Shown here: piece after piece, positions 1 to 12,470 of the stretch | How positions within the stretch are numbered: the stretch's first letter is position 1 | Layout of the letters: the number at the start of each line of letters is the position of its first letter | From: Octopus vulgaris | Lineage: Eukaryota | NCBI GenBank assembly: GCA_951406725.2 | Contig: OX597826.1 | Location: forward strand, 57,040,001-57,104,000 | DNA length: 64,000 nucleotides | Direction: 5' to 3' | Translations under genes and position numbers: made by a program | Notes under the pieces: model-generated | The model's database searches: none | What the model saw: only the letters and a program-made list of their open reading frames with translations | What the model was told of the DNA's origin: nothing

Positions 1-354
1 TATTAGTTGCTTATTCTTAAGGATAAATGACTAAGGCGACTAATACAGAGACTAAAAGCCTAAACTGTTTTTAGATTTGTAAGTATGTTTTGTGTTGTTT
101 TGCTCTTTATATGTAGATTAAATGTATAGGACATGGTGAAGGAAAAAAACTTCATAAACTTTGGCGAGCAAAGAATTGTCAAACAAATTACAGAGTGAAA
201 GTCAGGGAAGACTCAAGTTCTCTAACACTGGCAATCAGCACTTGCCGTACTATATGTAGATGGAAAACTACTTTTTTTTATAACTAGTAAATATCTTGAC
301 ATTAACAAGTCACATCAACTCAACACACTTGCTGCTAATGACAGAATCTTTATG

Positions 355-545
355 CAGTTACTTGACCTGATAGAAATAGAAGTCTGATTTCCATCAAATA
401 ACATCTGCCATATTGTTTTTAGAAAAAGAAGTAAAAAATCTTCTTAGAAAATACATCATGTTTAAAAATATAAGATGACTGCAGTTAAAATGCTTCTGTC
501 CATAAGCCTACTTGATCAGGACTGAATCTGGACTAAACTACAAAA
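355..545 (+). mobile_element. Old interspersed repeat family D (degenerate)
   Basis: Motif order ttgacctgatagaaatag...aagatg...tgatcaggactgaatctggactaaac recurs in diverged form at ~5085-5275, 18085-18270, 34900-35080 (+) and 21655-21800, 43290-43450, 53370-53460, 55560-55680 (-). Class not determinable. Confidence 0.55.
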
Positions 546-632
546 TCTATGCCTATACTGTCCTTGTGTGTGTGTGTGTATGTGTGTGTGTGTGAGAGAG
601 AGAGAGAGTGGGGGGCACAGTTACAATATTTT

Positions 633-880
633 GTAAAAGCACCATCCAATCGTGGCCATTTGCCAGCCTCGTCTGGCACCTATGCCGGTGGCACGTAAAA
701 AGCACCCACTACACTCACAGAGTGGTTGGCGTTAGGAAGGGCATCCAGCTGTAGAAACACTGCCAGATCAGACTGGAGCCTGGTGCAGCCTCCTGGCTTC
801 CCAGACCCCGGTTGAACCGTCCAACCCATGCTAGCATGGAAAGCGGACGTTAAAGATGATGATGATGATGATGATGATGA
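633..880 (+). mobile_element. Family B retroposon (SINE-like), 5'-truncated, (GAT)n tail
   Basis: tgccggtggcacgtaaaaagcacccactacactc...ggcgttaggaagggcatccagctgtagaaac...ccatgctagcatggaaagcggacgttaaa(gat)n; near-identical to six other copies in the window. Confidence 0.9.
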
Positions 881-1757
881 AAGACCAAAAATAATAAAGA
901 TTTTTGCATCTGCTTTTTACAAAAAGCCCTATTAGTATAAACCAAATTTGGAGTTGTGACATGTGGTATCTTTGGTATTCTCACTGTTGAATTGAAGTTT
1001 TGATGTTTGGTAGCTGAATATGTCTTCTACATCTTTTGGAGATGAAGACTGAGAAACAAGAGAGAGAGAGTGATGGTGAGGTGCAGTTTGTTCTTATCGG
1101 GTCTTTAGTCAGATTAGTAACACCCAGGCTTGACGAATCAAACAGTCTGCTGTGAAACAACACTGCTTTTATAATTGACGGCTGTCCTACTAGTAAATGA
1201 ACCGAATCATTTACAGCAAGGAATTTCATGTCTGTGGGAGGAGGCTATTGACTGACAAGTAATGCAAGCAATTTCACTAACAATAACAGGCAGTGTGTGG
1301 CGGGGGGGGGACGAAGAGGGAAGGTGGAGGATAACAATGGAAAGAGAAAGACATTTGCTAGAGAAGGGGGGAGGAGGGGGAGAGAAATGGGAAGATCAGC
1401 AAAGGGAGAATCAAGAATTAACTGAGAAACAGAGATAGAAGGGATAGAGATTTAGAAAAGACGATGCTTGGTACAGGATATGGAGAAAAGAGAGAGACAG
1501 AGAGGGACTGAGATAGGGGCAGCGAAAGAAGACAAGATGGAAGAAAATATCAGAGAGAAAAGAGAAAAGTTGACAGAAAGAGGAAAACTTAAGAAACTGA
1601 AAGAATGTCTATGCAAATATGTGTGATGCATTGGTGTGCATGCATGTTTGTATATAAAGTGAATAGGTGCAAATTTGTACGTGAAGGTATGTGTGTATGC
1701 GTGTATGTAAGTATTTGCGGATATTTAAGTGTTTGCGTGTATGTAGTATGCATGACA

Positions 1758-2085
1758 GTGTGTGTGTGTGTGTGTGTGAGTGTTTGCATGTATACAGTGT
1801 GTATGACAACACGCATGAGAGTTGTGTGTGTGTGTGTGTGGGTATGTATGAGTGCTTGTATATAAGTATGCGAGTACAAGTGTGTGTGTGTGTGTGTGTG
1901 TGTGAGTGTTTGCATGTATATTAGTGTGTATGACAACACGTATGAGAGTTGTGTGTGTGTGTGTGTGGGTATGTATGAGTGCTTGTATGTAAGTATGTGA
2001 GTACAAGTGTGTGTGTATGTGTGGGTATGTATGAGTGCTTGTATGTAAGTATGTGAGTACAAGTGTGTGTGTGTGTGTGTGTGCG
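1758..2085. repeat. Compound tandem repeat: two unique blocks separated by (TG)n, order A-B-A-B-B
   Basis: Block A (gagtgtttgcatgtata..agtgtgtatgacaacacg.atgagagtt) at ~1778 and ~1903; block B (gggtatgtatgagtgcttgtat.taagtatg.gagtacaag) at ~1840, ~1966, ~2022. Confidence 0.9.
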
Positions 2086-2610
2086 TTTGTTTGCATGCAT
2101 GTCGGCCTGCAATGTAGGCAAGTTGCCAACTCTGACTAGCAAAGTGAAAGACTTTAATGAAAGCCAAAGTTGACAGAAAGAAATCAACTTTAAGTGCTCT
2201 GTCAGAAGAAGTGGCTGAACATTTGGAAGGGACGGGGCTTTGGCTTTGGCTTTCTGATGCACAAGGAAAGGCACACCTGCCTTTCCCCTTCCTTCCTCTG
2301 CCTCTAGGCTTATCCCTTATCTCCTCCCCTTAGGCTGAAGAGAGCAGAGTGCAGTGGTGGGAGAGAAGTGGTGGTGGTGGTGGTGGTTGGGGCTGATAGT
2401 GTTGATGCTGTCATAGTGCCATCAGTGTTGTAGGTGGTTGGAGGGATGGGTTATAAGATGGAGGAACTGACCACATAAGACCCCCTTGTTGAGAGGTCAC
2501 CAGCAATTCTGACAAGGATGTTCTGCTTTTGAACCCTATTCCAGTCTTATTTGTTGAAGGGAAGAACTAAAGTGGTGCATGCTCACCAATCGTTCATCTT
2601 GCTTGGGGCA

Positions 2611-2647
<37 letters not shown>

Positions 2648-3904
2648 CAAAGAGAGGGTGGGGAGTCACTGTGCATAACAAGGGTGGGTGATGGCAGCAA
2701 CTATTACAACAGCTTTTAAAATACTTTCTATTGGCAGTGGTTTTATAGCTGCTCCTGGACAATAAGTCATAGTGAAATGTATGACCACTAAGCTGAGGAG
2801 GGGTGGGCAAAAGGTGTGAGGGGGTGGTGGGGGAGGGCGGGAGTGGAATGTACACGTTAAGGAGTGTAGAAAGAAAAGAAGGATGTGGAGGAGAACTGAA
2901 AATTGAGGGGCAGAAAGTGTTGAGGAGAGTATGAAGAGACAAATGAGAAGGGATGAGAGAGAGCAAATTGAAGAAGAAAGGTGAAATAGAGATGGATATA
3001 CAGATAGATTGACAGAAATAAAAGTGGAAAGATGGGGGATGAGTGGTGGTGGTGGTGGTGGTGGTATTGCTGAGAGGAGGATGTGGGGTGAATGAAGTCC
3101 ATTTAGTAGGATGGGTGAAGGAAAGTGTTCAGGAGTGGTGGGGGTACTGACCACCGGACCAAATTAGATGGACTTTCTTGTGACCATTAACCTTTTGAAA
3201 CTTGAGGAAAAGATTCCAGTAATGGCTAGGCGTCATCACTAAGTGGAAATGAATGACGAAAACATGTATTAAGAGAGAATCTTCTGCCCTTACCCTTGGT
3301 TTTATTTGTTGTGACATACACACATACATATTATGTGACAGACACATAATACACATACATTTATGCATACATACATCCATATTCCCACCATTTAAACTAT
3401 GGCATTGACAGAAAACACCATTATTTGTAATATAATTGGGGAAAGTGCTTTTACTAGTGAAATATTGACAATCATATACATATTAAAATGTACCTTCTGC
3501 TGGAGAAGAACACACACAAACATTTCCATATGCATGCTAAGACACAAAGACATGCATATGTGTAAAGATGCACACACACATATCCATACGTAAGGAATGA
3601 ATCAAGCGCATTTACTAAGATATACAAACACAGCTAAATATATACTCAGAAAAACTTACATACTCGTCCGCACATTTGAACTCGACAAGGCACATAGACT
3701 AACTCGCACACAGACTGTATTTGATTACCACAGACACAGGCTTACTTGCAGGCATTTCTGTCTCATATATTAGGACTCAAATAGGCATAAGTATAAACAC
3801 ATACACACAGACAATAAATATTTGATTATTACAGATGAATACACACACACATGCAAAATTCAGATGTTTATATCCAAACATGTATGTACATAAATCTCTA
3901 CAGA

Positions 3905-3907
<3 letters not shown>

Positions 3908-4000
<93 letters not shown>

Positions 4001-4025
4001 TGTGTGTATATACATATATCTTTAT

Positions 4026-4061
<36 letters not shown>
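3908..4061. repeat. Compound microsatellite (TG)n/(TA)n/(CT)n
   Basis: Directly visible; pure TG run of ~85 bp. Confidence 0.97.
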
Positions 4062-4064
<3 letters not shown>

Positions 4065-5084
4065 CTAACCCAGCCACATATGTGGCAGAATTACAAATGC
4101 GCATGCATGCAAACACTGTGCTATACACACGTGTAATATTTCAGTTTCCATAAGTGTCTGATTGAAAAACACTGAAACTAAATGCTTTAAATAGATTTTT
4201 TCAAACGTATTACTTGTCGTGCACTTATTGGAACTGAAACAGAAAACCGACTCACAGGAACGTTCCACAGACTTCTAGCTTCATGGAGACATTTTAATGA
4301 AGCCAGATAAAGAGAGACCCAGTACAGCATGTGCATACATGTGTGTGTCTGTGTCGAAGTAAAAAAAGAAAAAAAATATATATATAGATGTACATACACA
4401 CACATAAATACATGTGTGTTTATGTGAGTGTATGTGCATTATATATAAACATACACATAAATGTAAGTGTTCAGGCCTACACATATGCAGCTGCACATAC
4501 ACTTGTGTAGATATGTAGATATGTGTATGCACACATATATATATATAAATATGTACACAGACATATATATATTTGTATTGCTCAGGTTGAGTTACATCAC
4601 AACATATGATTTCAGGGAGAGAGAGAGAGAGAGAGAGGAGTGAGAGAGGAGGTGCAGGGAGAGACATCATGTCATTTTTCTCTCTATTTAACAATGGACT
4701 GTGCTACGTCAACTTGAACCTGAAATCCTCTCCGTTCTTTTGCAGTGCAAGCTAAATCAGTCTGAAGGTCAGAGGTCTAATTATTGAAAGTTCAGGGGTG
4801 TAATTACTTTGGAAACAGTCAGTGGTCTCTTTGGAAACAACAGAATAAAACAAACTGAAACAATATTACTGATATTAGATAATAGTGATGATTTCTGACA
4901 TAGATATTAGTTCTTTTGGTTTATATGAAGTAAGGAAATAGGAATATGTGATGCTCATGTATTTCCTAAGTGAATTAATTGTGCAAATGAAATGTCTGCA
5001 CCTAACAAATGAACTACACTTTGATCTTAGCCAAAAGGATGAGAACCACATCATGCAAAACAAGAGCTAATGTGCACACCTTTG

Positions 5085-5275
5085 TAAGATAGCTCAACCT
5101 GATAAAAATAGCAACCTGACCTCTCAAAACACACAGTCCAGTCTGAAAAATGGGAGGGACACAACAGATGATGTTGTTGCAGATACTCCTAAAAATAAAG
5201 GATGGTCATGGCTGGAACATCCTTGACCATTTCTCTGTTCAGTCAGAACAGATCCTTGGTTAAAGAATAATAACA
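5085..5275 (+). mobile_element. Family D repeat copy
   Basis: caacctgataaaaatagcaacc...ggatggtcatggctggaac...ggttaaagaataataac matches the other family D copies. Confidence 0.55.
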
Positions 5276-5351
5276 AAGAAAGTGATGATGATCATAATTT
5301 CTTACATAGGCACAAGGTCATACAATTTGGGGATCGGTATGCATTAGTATT

Positions 5352-5581
5352 GCGGCGAGCTGGCAGAAACATTAGCACGCCGGGCGAAATGCGTAGCCGT
5401 ATTTTGTCTGCCGTTGCGTTCTGAGTTCAAATTCCGCTGAGGTCGACTTTGTCTTTCATCTTTTCGGGGTTGATAAATAAAGTACCAGTTTCGCACTGGG
5501 GTCAATGTAATCAACTTAATCCCTTTGTCTGTCCTTGTTTGTCCCCTCTGTGTTTAGCCCCTTGTGGGTAGTAAAGAAATA
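5352..5581 (+). mobile_element. Family C SINE, near full length, with target-site duplication
   Basis: gcggcgagctggcagaaac (A-box-like), gagttcaaattcc (B-box-like), central gtcgactttg.ctttcatc.tttcggggt.gataaataaagtaccagtt; flanked by ggtatg(c/t)attagt at ~5336 and ~5582. Confidence 0.85.
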
Positions 5582-6077
5582 GGTATGTATTAGTGTCAAT
5601 GCTTGATTAGTTCTTATTTTACTGACTCAGGAAGAAGAAAATGCTAAGTCGGACTTGAAAGACATTAAACTCACAATATAGAAAAACAAATTCTTTAGTT
5701 GTTCTTTTTAGCCTCATGATCAATTCCATGCTGGAGCACTGCCTTAAGTAACTGGATGCTTCAAAACATTCCACTCACTGCTCTTTCAATTCTACCTTTC
5801 TATCAATTTTTGCAATAATAATAATTTCATTATGCTCATAATTGCTTTTATTAGCTTTGTTTTTATCAGTAAACAGATAATACTGTAAAGTTAACATGAC
5901 AGGCTCGCAATAGAAAACAATTTAGAGTTAACATGGTTCTCAATTAACAGATATAGTGTAAAGTTAAAAATGGAGTCAGTTAACATAGTTATTCTAAAGA
6001 AAATATAGTTATCAGTTCACAGAGAAAGTATTAAGTGACGACATTGTAGAGTTAATACAGCAGTCAGTATTCTTGAG

Positions 6078-6263
6078 CAGTGTTCCACAAGCTTTCTTTG
6101 CTTGCAATACAATTATATTCTTTTCAAAATTTGGCGGCACACCTGAACTAAAAATATAACTAGAAGTATAGGGAAAAAAGTCATAATCAGGTCACACTAC
6201 AACACACCTAGCATTGTCTCATGGCATGCCAGTAGGCCGTGGCATACTGGTTGTGAAGCACTG
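6078..6263. mobile_element. hAT (Charlie-like) MITE
   Basis: Termini cagtgttccacaa...ttgtgaagcactg. The 8-bp flanks ttcttgag and ttcaagag each differ by one base from ttctagag, which fits the NTCTAGAN target preference of hAT-Charlie elements. Confidence 0.7.
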
Positions 6264-6369
6264 TTCAAGAGTTAAATGGCAGTCAAAAGAGAAGCTGTGA
6301 AGAAAACATAGTTATCAGTTTAAATTGGAGTCTAACAAATATCCAAATGTTCATATTGGACTCAACATA

Positions 6370-6779
6370 GGTGCAGGAGTGGCTGTGGTAAGTAGCTTGT
6401 TTACCAACTACATGGTTCCGGGTTCAGTCCCACTGCGTGGCACCTTGGGCAAGTGTCTTCTACTATAGCCTCGGGCCGACCAAAGCCTTGTGAGTGGATT
6501 TGGTAGACAGAAACTGAAAGAAGCCCGTCGCATATATGTATATATATATATGTGTGTGTGTGTTTGTGTGTCTGTGTTTGTACCCCTAGCATTGCTTGAC
6601 AACCGATGCTGGTGTGTTTATGTCCCCGTTACCTAGCGGTTCGGCAAAAGAGACCGATAGAATAAGTACTGGGCTTACAAAAGAATAAGTCCCGGGGTCG
6701 AGTTGCTCTATTAAAGGCGGTGCTCCAGCATGGCCGCAGTCAAATGACTGAAACTAGTAAGAGAGTAAAAGAGAGAGTA
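6370..6779 (+). mobile_element. Family A tRNA-derived CORE-type SINE, full length
   Basis: A-box-like gtggctgtggt, B-box-like ggttcagtccc, CORE-like accttgggcaagt, internal (TA)n(TG)n, tail of gagtaaaa-like units; aacata duplicated on both flanks. Octopus tRNA SINEs (OK/OR1/OR2) are known, but the exact family was not assigned. Confidence 0.92.
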
Positions 6780-7689
6780 AACATAAACATTCTAAAATAA
6801 TAATATCGCTTTGCATTGAAACAGGAGTTTGCATCCATAAACTCTGTGGAGTCCAATGTGAAGTTACTTAAATTGTAACAAATTCTTCTTCGTTGTTGAA
6901 ATTTTATTTCTTCATAATTCTATTCCCATCCTACATGTTGTAAAGCATCGTAAGTCTGCCCTGCCTTGTTGCCGTTATCATGATCGTGGTTGTCATCATT
7001 GATAAAACATCAGTTGATATGAAACAAAGGAGGAATTTTCAAAACTTTGGATGATAATTATGGAAAAGTACACGGAAATAATTGCCTAAGTAAGGAAAAT
7101 AGGAATGCTAGATATTCTTGAGAAAGTAAAAAAAGTTTTCTATGAAATTTAGCTTCCCAGATTTAATTAACAAAGGATGATTATTAAAGGCGATATTCAA
7201 GACACAACCAATGCTGATGTTCTTGCTGATCTCAATCTCGACAATATCAATTAATTATCAAATCTTCCAACTTCAATGCTTTCATTTACCTTGGAGGTGG
7301 GAGTATTCAGAATGAAAAATACATGATGCTCAATATCGCTCATTCCTCTAATATGTATTCCAAAGTATGCTTTTCAGAAAGTTCCTGGATATATATGTAT
7401 GAATATATATATCTATATTTCTCTCTCTCTTTCTCTCTATTATATATATATATGTATAGACATACACACACATACATATACACATATAAATATATGCATG
7501 TATATATTAATTATAATTAATAAGTATACATTCATGTATATATATATATATATGCTATAGATATATTAGATAAATACAAATACCTAATAATACCTTGAGA
7601 TGCGTGTGTATGAATAAGAAAGTATCCACACACACACGCACACATACACACACACACATATAGAGAGAGAAACAATATACACATAGACA

Positions 7690-7819
7690 TTCATATGTGT
7701 ATATATGTGTGTATGTATATATATATATATATATATATATAGATATATAGATATATATACATACATATATATATATGTATATATAGATATATAGATATAT
7801 ATACATACATATATATATG

Positions 7820-7856
<37 letters not shown>
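7690..7856. repeat. (TA)n-based degenerate microsatellite
   Basis: Directly visible. Confidence 0.95.
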
Positions 7857-8593
7857 TGCAGGTTATATATGAGCGTCTTGCTGTATTGATCAAGAGCAAG
7901 AGAAAGGATAAAGAAAGGTAGCATTTATACACCCATGCATGATCTCACATACACACACACACACCTACATAATAAGGAAAGACAGAAATAAAATAACAAT
8001 ATGCACATATTTGTCTTGATGTACACATGTGTGGATTTATCTATGAATGTGTCTGTAATTTATAAACACACATACAACGAACGAACATTTGCATACACGT
8101 GTGCATAATTAAGCTATAAGCCTATTGAACTAATTGTTATTTTTGTTGTCATTGTTGTTTTAAATTTTCTTTCCTGTTTTTAACAATATAAACACAGAGC
8201 GTTGTGCATTCATTCTATGATTGGGCCTCAGTACAAGGACATTAAAATGGAATAGCTGCATACGATGGTGCAGCATGCGAGACGTGTAATTATAATAGTA
8301 AAACATAAACGGTTCATTAAAGCATATAACAGCACGCCTATTGGGCAAGAGATAAGGTTTTTACAAGGGATTTGTTCTTTGCTGGTTTTTATGTATATTG
8401 TATGTATATTAAATGCATTTTTATTTTGGCTGTAATTGGTGGAGGGAAGGAGGGTTCTTTTATTTTTTTTTTTGCTTGAATTTCATTTTATTCCATTATT
8501 TTTATCTTCTTATAATCATTGTTTTTTTTCTTTAATTTTCTTTCAAAAACTAACATATATGATTATCAAGCTGTATGCTTATATGAGTGTCTG

Positions 8594-8642
<49 letters not shown>

Positions 8643-9264
8643 TATATCTTTGTGTGTGAGTGTGTATGCATGCATGCATGTAGACATTCACTGTGACGAA
8701 TATGTGTGCATATATGCCTGTTCATGTGCATGTGTGTTCCCTGATGATGCTTTATAAGTGTGGGTTAAAGGTGCAACATATCAAAAAGTAATTAGTTATT
8801 AAATAATTATAAATAGAACCCAGTAAAACGACTGCGGAAATCTTCATTAATGAAAGAGCCGATGGGAGGAGAAAAGGGTAAAAAGTATCATTAGTCCCAC
8901 TCACCACCACCACCACCACCACCACCCCCAACACCACAAAATATTTTAAAAAATGGAAAGAAAATAGTTCCGTCTTTTTCAATAACAACATATATAATAA
9001 AAAGAAATTAGAAGTACAAATATGTTAACTTCCATCAGAGGAACCACACCTACTTTCTCCTAAACCGCCACAGCAAATCTATTTATAAGTCAATGAAATC
9101 TCATGAAGTTATTTACTTTTGGTGAGCTCTATCCATCATATTCTAAATATTTTAGGTGTGTATCTGCATCCATGCTTGTATCAAAACATAGCTCTCTATC
9201 TTATAATTCATCTCTCATATATGTGCATATACATATATATATACATACACACACATACACCCAC

Positions 9265-9295
<31 letters not shown>

Positions 9296-9387
9296 TGTAT
9301 GTATGTATGTATGTATATATGTATGTATGTATGTTTTGTTTTATGTATGTATGTATGATGTATGTATGTATGTGTGTGTGTGTGTGT

Positions 9388-9446
<59 letters not shown>

Positions 9447-9690
9447 CATCGAAACACGCATTGAGTCGAAACAGGGGCAGCTGAAGAAGGGGAATGTTCC
9501 TTGTGTTGTTTGTCTTGTACTCTGTTTTGTCGTTGTTAAAAAAAGTCCGTTTCCTTGTTTGGTTTTATGTTTTCGTTTCTCGTTGTGTTCTACATTTATT
9601 TGTGGTGTCCTGTACTCATATATGCATGTATATATACATATAGATGTAGGTATGTACATATATGTATACATATGTTTTATTTATCAAATT
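9447..9690 (+). mobile_element. Short element embedded in (TA)n, probable Penelope-like terminal-repeat remnant
   Basis: Complex sequence between microsatellites. It starts catcGAAAC-acgc-att, interpretable as CpG-decayed GAAAC-gcgc-GTT (3' half of a minimal hammerhead), followed by a T-rich body like the 25605 and 62565 elements. Confidence 0.4.
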
Positions 9691-10229
9691 GTTATATACA
9701 TATATATATATATATATATGCATAATTGTATGTACATCTATATGCATATAAGCACTTATGTATGAAGCACACTTGAAGTGTCTGTGACCAGAATTAAATT
9801 TCTTGTTGAAATCCTTCCCATTCACTACATTATATAACCTTTTACATCAAATTTGTAGCTAATGCCTTTCTGTTTCACTGGAAAATCTTGGAGAAATGTA
9901 TTAAACTTTCCTAAAAACAAGAACACTACAACATAATGTTGATTCAGTATAGATATACACGAACAGTGGAAATGGTATTTAACAGTAACCAGTTTTAAAC
10001 TTTGGTTCTCTGCCTTAAAAAATGTTTAGGAAGATTTTTCACATGGATAAATTGATTTCTTAAAAAAAAGGTTCAAGGTCACATATTTGTGAGAGAGAAC
10101 AGTCAATTAGCAACTTTGACATTGATAAATTAAATACATTTAGTTTAGGTTTTGTTTGTTTTTAAAGTGAGTGAGAGAAAGAAGAATTGGTGCCCTTGAC
10201 CTCTGTAAGACAACCTAGTTAGGTGAGAT

Positions 10230-10480
10230 TAATGCAGGAATGATGCCTAGTTTGAACATTGTAGATCATTGTTTTCAAGAAAAGACAGAATTCCTGAGGG
10301 TTGCATTTCTCTGGAGGAAGGACTGGGTAAAGTGTTTTATGCAGTGTCTGGAAGGCATGAGAGTAAGGTCTAATGGAATCCTCAAGAAAATTAGTTTAAT
10401 TTAGCCAAGAATTACTTGAGAAGGATCCCACATACTGATGCTGAAGAAGTGGAGTTAAATCTGGGATTAACTTGAGAGCA
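10230..10480 (-). mobile_element. Highly decayed CR1/Jockey-group LINE 3' end
   Basis: Minus strand reads approximately KHFTQSFLQRNATLRNSVF, resembling the SF..RT..LWNSLP C-terminal motif; shares aaggactggg.aa with the 42320-42960 fragment. Confidence 0.4.
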
Positions 10481-10704
10481 TAGGTCAAGACTGATAAAAG
10501 TGGAGAACAATTTTCAATGATTTAAGTTTCAATAGGGACAATGGTTCAAGAAAAAAGTCATCAGATGAGATCCAGTGATTCTTAGTATAGAAGACACTTA
10601 GTAGTACCCAAATGATTCAAACCTAGACTCCGATGTCTTTACAGGGAATCAATTTCGTGGAGTAAAGAGTGGCTACAAAAGGGATCAAGCTGAGCAGATA
10701 TAGA

Positions 10705-11202
10705 GGTAATTATGTGGATTAACAAATTAGATATATTAAATATAACAGTTTGGATATGAAATATAAAATATGTATATATGTATACATGCAAAACGAGAGA
10801 AAGCAAAAAGTGGAAACTTTCAGACCATGAATATTTAAGTATAAATATATAGATATTTAGATTAACAGATCCAATTTACACAGACTACAAACAACAAAAT
10901 ATTAAAGGGGTGGAAGAAAGGTGTTATGTCCAACAGCTGTTTCTGAGAGCCGATAGATCTATCATAATGTTGGAATATATAGTTCATCACAATATGTAGT
11001 CATAATGGAAGCAATCAACATTGGATATTATGAGCCTCCATCATCAGGGTAGAAAAGATCTTATATTTCAGATCTTAATGCAGAGAAGTTCAAAGATGTT
11101 GTTTGTACTCTGTATAAATTGGATCTATTAAAATAACCATCTATATATTTATACTTAAATATTCGTCTGAAAGTCTCCACTTTTTGCGTTCTCACATTTT
11201 GC

Positions 11203-11248
<46 letters not shown>

Positions 11249-11304
11249 TTCATACCCAAGCCATTATATTTAATATATCTAATTTGTTTGTCCACATAAT
11301 TGCC
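10705..11304. mobile_element. Foldback element: ~190-bp inverted arms around a ~200-bp spacer carrying a hammerhead-like core (Penelope-like remnant)
   Basis: 10705-10895 is the reverse complement of 11098-11304 with scattered mismatches and a microsatellite expansion. The spacer minus strand has CTGATGA (11047-11041)...GAAAC-AGCT-GTT (10943-10932). Confidence 0.8.
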
Positions 11305-12122
11305 ATTTTTATGTATGTCTTTGCAGAAGACTTACTGTTGTCAATAATGCTAGCTTGAGAGTATGTTTGTGTATGTATATATATGTGTGTATCTGGGTAT
11401 ATATGTGTATGTATATATATGTGCACATGCCTATGTATGTGTATGTATGGAAGGTATTTTTCTCTCTCCCTCATATTTTCTGTTTTGGAATAACTGAGTT
11501 TTAGTCTTGACACATTGCAGGTGATCAAAGTAGCACAACTTACTGTTGGTTGCATGGTTGTGTACTAAGTGCAAAGATGGCAGAATATGAGAAAGAGAGG
11601 AAGAAACAGAACATCTTGAATTATGATGTAATGGCCAACAACAACAAGAACACCAAAAAGCAACAAAAACCTCTACAATAGAAACAGCAACAGATAGGCA
11701 AAAGGTTCCAAATAATATCGACCTTACAACTGGTGCCTTCTCCCACACCATATATACAGAGTTGGCAACACTGCCACCACAATCACCTCCATAATCAACA
11801 TCATTACATCATTGCCAGAAATGTAATAAAAACAGCAACAACAACCACAACATTTAGCAGAACAACAGTACCAAAAACTTGTCATAAAAGGTACAACTCT
11901 AAAACATGTTCAAAGCATAGTCACTGATAGTTTAGTACTTCGTGTGTATATGTGCATATGTGTGTTTATGTGAGTGTGTGTGTGTGTGTGTGTGCAGATC
12001 CTGTGAGTTTAAGGAGAGCTCGTGTTTTTGTTTTTCGTATGAAAATTGTGCACGCATGTATGTTTCTATTAACTTTGTTGTCTTAGCCTTTTTATAAAAT
12101 AGTCTAATTATGTGTGTGTGCA

Positions 12123-12172
<50 letters not shown>

Positions 12173-12421
12173 TGTGTACATGCATGTATTAATTTGCAAG
12201 CATGGACATAACTTTAGATGTGTGTGCATATGTATGTGCACTTGTGAATATGTAAATACATGTGAGTGAGTGCTTTCATTAGTGTGAGGACACATGCACA
12301 CATGAACACACACACACACACACACACTGCATATGTATGTATATTATAGACATAGTCACACTTATACTTTGGTTATTTCATTATATATGCATATATAAAC
12401 ACCATTGTAAGTAGGTAAGAG

Positions 12422-12470
<49 letters not shown>

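Noticed and set aside
6370-6440. tRNA gene at family A heads
   Set aside because: Only A/B-box-like motifs without a complete cloverleaf, always continuous with the SINE body.
7157-7350. Short ORF MIIKGDIQDTTNADVLADLNLDNIN and a minus-strand donor near 7289
   Set aside because: Too short, weak acceptor and no homology recognised.
10070-10081. TCAAGGTCA ERR/SF-1-type site
   Set aside because: A single 9-mer is plausible by chance in 64 kb on two strands.
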